Shown: positions 55,328-64,000 of the stretch, one piece after another
How positions within the stretch are numbered: position 1 is the first letter of the stretch
Layout: the number at the start of each line of letters is the position of its first letter
DNA from: Eledone cirrhosa
Taxonomy: Eukaryota
DNA: 64,000 bases
Direction: 5' to 3'
NCBI GenBank assembly: GCA_964016885.1
Contig: OZ024741.1
Span: forward strand, 245,086,001 to 245,150,000
Position numbers and translations under genes: made by a program
The notes under the pieces: model-generated
The model's input: only the letters and a program-made list of their open reading frames with translations
Databases searched by the model: none
Told to the model about the DNA's origin: nothing

Positions 55328-57203
55328 TTTTTTACGGACCCTTTAATTTTTTATAATGGGTTTTCAATGCCGTTTTAATGGTGTTTTTTAATGGTATCCT
55401 TAATGACGCTTCGATAAGTTTCAATGTTATTTTAATGGGGTTTTGATTGATTTTTTAATGGAGTTTTTTTTAATGAACTTTTATTGGGGTTTTCAATCAG
55501 GTTTTTAACTGAATTTTTAATGTTTTTCAATTAGATTTTTTATGGAGTTTTTATGGGCTTTTTAATGAGTTTTTAATGGTGTGCTAATTGAGTTTTCAAT
55601 TACCTTTTTAATTGAGTATAAAATCGAGTTTTTACTAAGTTTTTAATGAATTTTTAATGGAATTTTAATGGGGTTTCCAATGGACTTTTAATTGTGTTTT
55701 AATGGGGTTTTAAAATTGGTTTTTAGTTGCATTTTCAGGGGCTTTTAATGGGGCTTAATGGGGGTTTAATGGGGGATTTAATTGAGTTTTTAATGGAGTT
55801 TAATAGAGTTTATAATGGAGGTTTTAATGGAGTTTTTAATGAAGTTTTAATGTAGTTTTTAATGAGGTTTTTAATGACGATTTTAATGGCGTTCTTAATG
55901 GCGTTTTAATGGTATTTTATGGCATTTTAATGAGAGTTGTAATGGTTTTTAATGGAGTGTTAATTGGTTATTAATTGTATTTTAATGGGTTTTATGAGCT
56001 TTTTAATGGACTTTTTAGTGGTGTTTTTAATGGAGTTTTTAATGGGTCTTTTAATGGAATTTGCAATGTAGTTTTTAATGGTTTTTTCAATTGTATTTTT
56101 AATGACGTTTTAATGGTGTTTTTTATGGCGTTTTAATAGGATTTTTATTGGTTTTTTAAAGGACTATTATTATGGGTTTTTTATGTAATTTTATAATGGG
56201 ATTTTCAGTAGGGTTTTTAATTGGATTTTTAATGGAGTTTATAATATGTTTTTAATTGGATTTTTAAAGAATTTATAATTGCGGTTTTAATATAGTGTTT
56301 AATGGAGTATTTAATTGGTTTTTAATGGTAATTTTAATGGAGTGTTTAATGTGTTTTTAATGGGGGAGGAGGGGGTAAAATGCAGTTTTTAATTGAGTTA
56401 TCAATGGAGTTTTTAATGACATTTTTAATGACGTTTTAATAGCGTTTTATGACGTTTTAATGACGTTTTAATGGTTTTTTTATTGGGTTTTGGGAGTTTT
56501 TTTGAGCTTCTAATTAGGTTTTAAATGGGGTTTTCAATGAGGTTTTTAGTGGAATTTTTAATGGGCCTTTAATGTATTTTTAATGGGATTTTAATGTTTT
56601 TTATGGCGTTTTTAATGGTATTTTAAATGCTGTTTTAATGTTTCTTTTATGGCCTTTTAATTGGGTTTTTGATTGAGTTTTTAATGGATTTTTTTAACGA
56701 GAATTATGAAGTTTAATGGGTTTCCAGTGTGTTTTAAATGAAGTTTTTGATAATATTTTTAATGGCATTTTAATGGCGGTTATGGGATTTTAATGGGTTC
56801 TGGTGGTATTTTTGTGGGTTTTAATGGGGTGTTAAATGGTTTTAATGTTGTTTTACTTGCGCTTTCGATTACGTTTACAATTAAGTTTTTACTGTTTTTA
56901 ATTGGATTTTTAATGGATTTTAATGTGGTTTTTAATGGAATTTTAATGGTGTTTTAATATAGTTTTTAATGGGTTTCGGATGTAGCTTTTAATGGTGGTT
57001 TAGTGTGCTTTTTATTGGGTTTTTAATGAGTTTTTATGAGCTTTTCAATGGAGTTTTTAATGGTGTTTATATATATATATATATACATACATATATATGT
57101 ATATATATATATTTACACATATATATGTGTATATATATATGTGTATATATATATTTACACATATATATGTGTATATATATATTTACACATATATATGTGT
57201 ATT

Positions 57204-57240
<37 letters not shown>

Positions 57241-57410
57241 TTAAATATATATATATATATATATATATTAAATATATATATATATATATATATATTAAAT
57301 ATATATATATATATATATATTAAATATATATATATATATATATATATTAAATATATATATATATATATATATATTAAATATATATATATATATATATATA
57401 TATTAAATAT

Positions 57411-57503
<93 letters not shown>

Positions 57504-58023
57504 CACTTTCATGTTACACACTATATATAAACTGGGATTTATGGTACTTTAAATGACGTTTTAATGACTTTTATGGCGTTTTAATGGGTTTTTTAATTGG
57601 GTTTTTAATGTAGTTTTTTAAAAGATCTTTACTTGGGATTTTATGGGTTTTCAATGCGGTTTTTAATGGTATATTAATGGAGTTTTTGGTGTGGTTGTTA
57701 ATGGTATTAGTGACATTTTAATGTGTTTTTAATGGTGTTTTAAGCGAGTTTCTGATTTAGTTTAAATTTAAATATTTGATGGTCCTTCTAATGGGCTTTA
57801 ATGGATGTGTAATGTGTTTAATGCAATTTTAATGGGGTTTAATGGGGGTAGTAGGTTTCAATGGGTTTTAATGGAGTTTTAATGGCTAGTGCTCTTTTTT
57901 AAAGAGTTTTTAATGGTGTTTTTAATGGTTTTTCATTGAGCTTTTAATTGCGTTTTTAATCTAGTTTAAAAATTGAGTTTTAATGGGTTTTTCAATTAGG
58001 TTTTTAATGGATTTATAATGGTG
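55328..58023 (+). repeat. Macrosatellite unit 10, internally deleted (~2696 bp)
   Basis: At 57541 ACTGGGATTTAT joins directly to GGTACTTTAAATGACG, skipping the equivalent of unit-1 positions ~2179-5612. Confidence 0.95.
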
Positions 58024-59903
58024 TTTTTTACGGACCCTTTAATTTTTTATAATGGGTTTTCAATGCCGTTTTAATGGTGTTTTTTAATGGTATCCTTAAT
58101 GACGCTTCGATAAGTTTCAATGTTATTTTAATGGGGTTTTGATTGATTTTTTAATGGAGTTTTTTTAATGAACTTTTATTGGGGTTTTCAATCAGGTTTT
58201 TAACTGAATTTTTAATGTTTTTCAATTAGATTTTTTATGGAGTTTTTATGGGCTTTTTAATGAGTTTTTAATGGTGTGCTAATTGAGTTTTCAATTACCT
58301 TTTTAATTGAGTATAAATCGAGTTTTTACTAAGTTTTTAATGAATTTTTAATGGAATTTTAATGGGGTTTCCAATGGACTTTTAATTGTGTTTTAATGGG
58401 GTTTTAAAATTGGCTTTTAGTTGCATTTTTCAGGGGCTTTTAATGGGGCTTAATGGGGGTTTAATGGGGGATTTAATTGAGTTTTTAATGGAGTTTAATA
58501 GAGTTTATAATGGAGGTTTTAATGGAGTTTTTAATGAAGTTTTAATGTAGTTTTTAATGAGGTTTTTAATGACGATTTTAATGGCGTTCTTAATGGCGTT
58601 TTAATGGTATTTTATGGCATTTTAATGACGGTTGTAATGGTTTTTAATGGAGTGTTAATTGGTTATTAATTGTATTTTAATGGGTTTTATGAGCTTTTTA
58701 ATGGACTTTTTAGTGGTGTTTTTAATGGAGTTTTTAATGGGTCTTTTAATGGAATTTGCAATGTAGTTTTTAATGGTGTTTTTAATTGTATTTTTAATGA
58801 CGTTTTAATGGTGTTTTTTATATGGCGTTTTAATAAGATTTTTAATTGGTTTTTTAAAGGACTATTATTATGGGTTTTTATGTAATTTTATAATGGGATT
58901 TTCAGTAGGGTTTTTAATTGGATTTTTAATGGAGTTTATAATATGTTTTTTAATTGGATTTTTAAAGAATTTATAATTGCGGTTTTAATATAGTGTTTAA
59001 TGGAGTATTTAATTGGTTTTTAATGGTAATTTTAATGGAGTGTTTAATGTGTTTTTAATGGGGGAGGAGGGGGGTAAAATGCAGTTTTTAATTGAGTTAT
59101 CAATGGAGTTTTTAATGACATTTTTAATTACGTTTTAATAGCGTTTTATGACGTTTTAATGACGTTTTAATGGTTTTTTTATTGGGTTTTGGGAGTTTTT
59201 ATGAGCTTCTAATTAGGTTTTAAATGGGGTTTTCAATGAGGTTTTTAATGGAATTTTTAATGGGCCTTTAATGTATTTTTAATGGGATTTTAATGTTTTT
59301 TTATGGCGTTTTTAATGGTATTTTAAATGCTGTTTTAATGTTTCTTTTATGGCCTTTTAATTGGGTTTTTGATTGAGTTTTTAATGGATTTTTTTTAACG
59401 AGAATTATGAAGTTTAATGGGTTTCCAGTGTGTTTTAAATGAAGTTTTTGATAATATTTTTAATGGAATTTTAATGGCGGTTATGGGATTTTAATGGGTT
59501 CTGGTGGTATTTTTGTGGGTTTTAATGGGGTGTTAAATGGTTTTAGTGTTGTTTTACTTGCGCTTTCGATTACGTTTACAATTAAGTTTTTACTGTTTTT
59601 AATTGGATTTTTAATGGATTTTAATGTGGTTTTTAATGGAATTTTAATGGTGTTTTAATATAGTTTTTAATGGGTTTCGGATGTAGCTTTTAATGGTGGT
59701 TTAGTGTGCTTTTTATTGGGTTTTTAATGAGTTTTTATGAGCTTTTCAATGGAGTTTTTAATGGTGTTTATATATATATATATATACATACATATATATG
59801 TATATATATATATTTACACATATATATGTGTATATATATATGTGTATATATATATTTACACATATATATGTGTATACATATATTTACACATATATATGTG
59901 TAT

Positions 59904-59945
<42 letters not shown>

Positions 59946-60054
59946 TTAAATATATATATATATATATATATATTAAATATATATATATATATATATATAT
60001 TAAATATATATATATATATATATATATTAAATATATATATATATATATATATAT

Positions 60055-60089
<35 letters not shown>

Positions 60090-60156
60090 TATATATATAT
60101 ATATATTAAATATATATATATATATATATTAAATATATATATATATATATATATAT

Positions 60157-60195
<39 letters not shown>

Positions 60196-60785
60196 CACTT
60201 TCATGTTACACACTATATATAAACTGGGATTTATATTTTGCGTTAGTGCCATATTAAGGTGACAACGATATATTCGTATCTTAAAAAATATTTTTTTTAG
60301 ATCACATTGTTCTAGATATTAAAATTATTAAATCTATTTTCAATTTGCACGAACACTTGCATATACTACATACATACATTTATATAGACACTAACACAAA
60401 TATTAGCATATACATAATTTCTTAGTCATTGAGGATGTGTTTTTATACATACATATGCATATTGCATACATACATACATACACACATACAAGCATATACA
60501 TAGACATACACACACACATATATACACACACTGTATATATATATATACATACACACACACACACATATATATATACACACACACACTATATATATATATA
60601 GTGTGTGGTGTATATATATATATGTGTGTGTGTGTATGTATATATATACAGTGTGTGTATATATATGTGTGTGTATGTGTATGTATATGCTTGTATGTGT
60701 GTATGTATGGATGCAATATGCATATGTATGTATAAAAAACACATCCTCAATTACTAAGAAAATATGTATATGCTAATATTTGTGT

Positions 60786-60817
<32 letters not shown>

Positions 60818-60880
60818 CGCACACACTATATATATATATATATATACATACACACTATATATATATATATACACACACAC

Positions 60881-60953
<73 letters not shown>

Positions 60954-63900
60954 AATCCCATTAAAAACCACATTAAAAATTCAATTAAAAATCTATTTTG
61001 AAAAACCCATTAAAAACCCCATTATAAGCTCATAAAACACTCCATTAAAACCCCAACCAAACCCCCCATTAAAACACAATTAAAACATCATTAAGAATGC
61101 CAATAAAAGCGCCATTAAAAACCACATTGGAAACCCATAAAAACCCAATTAAAACAAAATTAAAGTTTCCATTAAAAGTCCCCATTAAAACTCCATTAAA
61201 ACACCCATTAACCCCCCCCCCCCTCGAAAAGACATTAAAACCTCAAATTTAAACCGAAATAAAAACTCAATTAAAACGCAATTAAAAACTCAATTAAAAC
61301 ACCATTAAAAACACAATTAAAAGCCCATTAAACCAATTAAAATTGCATTAACACACCACTAAGGTTCCATTGGAAAACCATTAAAAATGTCATTAAAAAC
61401 TACACTGAAAACCCCCATTAAAAGCGCACCCAAAACTTTATAAAAAACCAAATAAAAACCCCATTAAAATACCATTAAAACGGCATAAAACACCATTAAA
61501 ACTACATTAAAACTCAATTAAAAATTCCATTTAAATCTCCATTATAAACTCAATTAAAACTCCATTAAAACTCAATTCAAAACTCCATTAAAAACACACA
61601 CACATGAAGTTACATGCTGGCTTGCACACTTATAGCGATTGCTATTTTCTTTTAATTTCATTAAAACTAGGATGTTTTAGAAAGATAAAAACAAAACTGA
61701 ATAATGAAGAGACTAGGGAGGGGTAAAGAAAGGCAGATCAGGCTGTAGAGGACAGTAGGGGGAGAAGAGGGAAGTGACTTGGGAGGGGTAAAGAAAGGCA
61801 GATCTGGCTGTAGAGGACAGTAGGGGGAGAAGAGGGAGAAATAAACTAAATTATAAACTAAGTTATAAACTAAATTATAAACTAAATTTAAAACTCAATA
61901 AAATAAAATAAAATAAAATAAAATAAAATAAAATAAAATAAAATAAAATAAAATAAAATAAAATAAAATAAAATAAAATAAAATAAAATAAAATAAAATA
62001 AAAAATAAAATAAAATAAAATAAAATAAAATAAAATAAAATAAAATAAAATAAAATAAAATAAAAAAAATATAATAAAATAAAATAAAAAAAACTAAAAA
62101 ATATAAATAAAATAAAATAAAATAAATAAAATAAAATAAAATAAAATAAAATAAATAAAAATAAAATAAAATAAAAAAAAATAAAAAAAATTAAATATAA
62201 AAAATAAATAAAATAAAATAAAATAAGAACTCAATTAAAAACTCAGTAAAAACTCAATTAAAAACTCAATTAAAAACTCAATCGAAGCACCATTAAAACA
62301 CCATTAAAAACTCCACTATAAACCCACTAAACCCATTAAAAACCAATTAAAAATTCAATTACACATCCCATTAGAAATTTCATTAAAAACTCAATTAAAA
62401 GTTCCATTGAAAACACATTCAAAACCCATTAACCCCATATTAAAAGTTCATAAAACTCTATTAAAAACCCAATAACAAACCAATTAAAACGCCATTAAAA
62501 CGCCACAAAACACAATAAAATGTCATAAAAACGCCATTAAAACATCACAAAAAGCCCAATTAAAAAACCATTAATAATGTCATTAAAAATTCCATAAAAA
62601 TCCATTAAAAACTCCACTAAAAGCCCATTAAAAAGTTCATTAAAAGCCATATTATAAATTTCATAAAAAACAATTGAAAACCCCATTATTTATGAGCCTT
62701 TTTTTATGAGTTTTTAATAGTGTTTTAATTCAGTTTTTAATTGCGTTTAAAATTGGGTTTTAATGGCTTTTTAATGGTGTTTTAATGGGATTTTCGATGG
62801 TGTTTAATGGGTTTTTTATGGAGTTTTTAATTGGGTTTTCAATGGTGTTGTTTATGAGTTTTTAAATGGGTTTTTAATGGAATTTTTGATTGCGTTTTTA
62901 ATGAAATTTTTAATAGATTCAAGGATGTTTTAATGGAGTTTTTAATGGCGTTTTAATTGTGTTTTTATGGTGTTTAAATGCGTTTTAATGATTTTTAATT
63001 GGGTTTTTAATGGAGTATTTTTAATGAGCTCTTAATGGATTTTTCAATTGGATACTTAATGGGTTTTAATGGAATTTATAATAAGGGTTCTAATTGACTT
63101 TAAATATGATTTTTAATGGAGTTTTTAATGAAATTTCTAATGGTGTTTTTAATTGCGTTTCCCCCCGTGAGGGTTTTAATGGCATTTTAAATGACATTTT
63201 AATGAGTTTTTATGATGTTTTAATGGCGTTGTAATTGTTTTTTATTGGGTTTTTAATATAATTTTGTATGAGCTTTTAATGGGGGTTTTCAATGTTGTTT
63301 TTAATGGAGTGTTTAATGGAATTTTAATGGGGGTTTGATAAAAAAAATTAATTGCTTTTTAATTTAATTTTTAATGCGTTTTTGATGGTGTTTAAGTGCG
63401 TTCATGATGATCTTTTTAATGGATTTTTAATGGGGTTTTAATTGAATTTTTAATGGTGTTTTCAATGTAATTTTTAATGATAGTTTAATGGTGTTTTAAT
63501 GACGTTTTAATTGTGTTTTTTATGGTGTTTTAGTGACGTTTAAATAGGATTTTTAATTGGTTTTTTAATTGAGTATTTATATGAGTTTTCACTGGTGTTT
63601 TTAATGGGTTTTTCAATATTGCATTTAATGAAATTTTTAATATGGTTTCAAATGGAATTTTTAATGTGTTTTTAATTGGGTTTCTAGTGACGTTTTTAAT
63701 GGTACTTTAAATGACGTTTTAATGACTTTTATGGCGTTTTAATGGGTTTTTTAATTGGGTTTTTAATGTAGTTTTTTAAAAGATCTTTACTTGGGATTTT
63801 ATGGGTTTTCAATGCGGTTTTTAATGGTATATTAATGGAGTTTTTGGTGTGGTTGTTAATGGTATTAGTGACATTTTAATGTGTTTTTAATGGTGTTTTA

Positions 63901-64000
63901 AGCGAGTTTCTGATTTAGTTTAAATTTAAATATTTGATGGTCCTTCTAATGGGCTTTAATGGATGTGTAATGTGTTTAATGCAATTTTAATGGGGTTTAA
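58024..64000 (+). repeat. Macrosatellite unit 11 (nearly complete, cut by the window end)
   Basis: Anchor at 58024; all modules present through the G/T-rich arm. Confidence 0.95.
60392..60787. repeat. Foldback palindrome, unit 11
   Basis: Same termini and centre. Confidence 0.95.

Larger units (their letters stand above)
1..64000. repeat. Tandem macrosatellite array, ~6.1 kb period, about 10.5 near-identical units, running off both ends of the window
   Basis: Distinctive anchors (TTACGGA[C/T]CCTTTAAT, GACGCTTCGATAAG, TTCCACTTTCATGTTACACAC, GGCAGATCAGGCTGTAGAGG, TTCCCCCCGTGAGGG) recur in the same order and orientation every ~6.0-6.15 kb; the ORF track repeats with the same period. Confidence 0.99.

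Noticed and set aside
1-64000. CRISPR array, or rDNA/5S/histone/snRNA tandem gene cluster
   Set aside because: No constant repeat with unique spacers, no cas genes, and no recognisable rRNA, tRNA, snRNA or histone sequence in the unit.

Overview
The window is non-genic, extremely AT-rich, eukaryote-like satellite DNA: a head-to-tail array of ~6.1 kb macrosatellite units. Using the arbitrary anchor TTTTTTACGGA(C/T)CC, units start at 1, 6107, 12235, 18381, 24499, 30611, 36676, 42698, 48788, 55328 and 58024. Each unit has a ~3.3 kb arm of degenerate 10-12 bp TTTTAATGG-type monomers, an interrupted (TA)n tract, a ~200 bp unique island, a ~390 bp near-perfect palindrome, the same monomer in reverse orientation (CCATTAAAA), a 2x65 bp purine-rich duplication, a 12-bp repeat and an (AAAAT)n tract. 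The listed ORFs are low-complexity artefacts. The main anomaly is a single ~402 bp, ~45% GC insertion (51211-51612) in the palindrome arm of unit 9. On the minus strand it carries a C2H2 zinc-finger terminus missed by the ORF track (CSLCTRVFKSLAGLKSHTRSAHQ*), a short 3' UTR with a terminal stem-loop, and a 5' segment resembling an RTE 5' region, consistent with a short non-autonomous RTE-clade retroelement. Other anomalies are a ~3.4 kb deletion in unit 10, a ~100 bp deletion in unit 7, and a recent one-period duplication across units 4-6. The host organism cannot be identified from the sequence.
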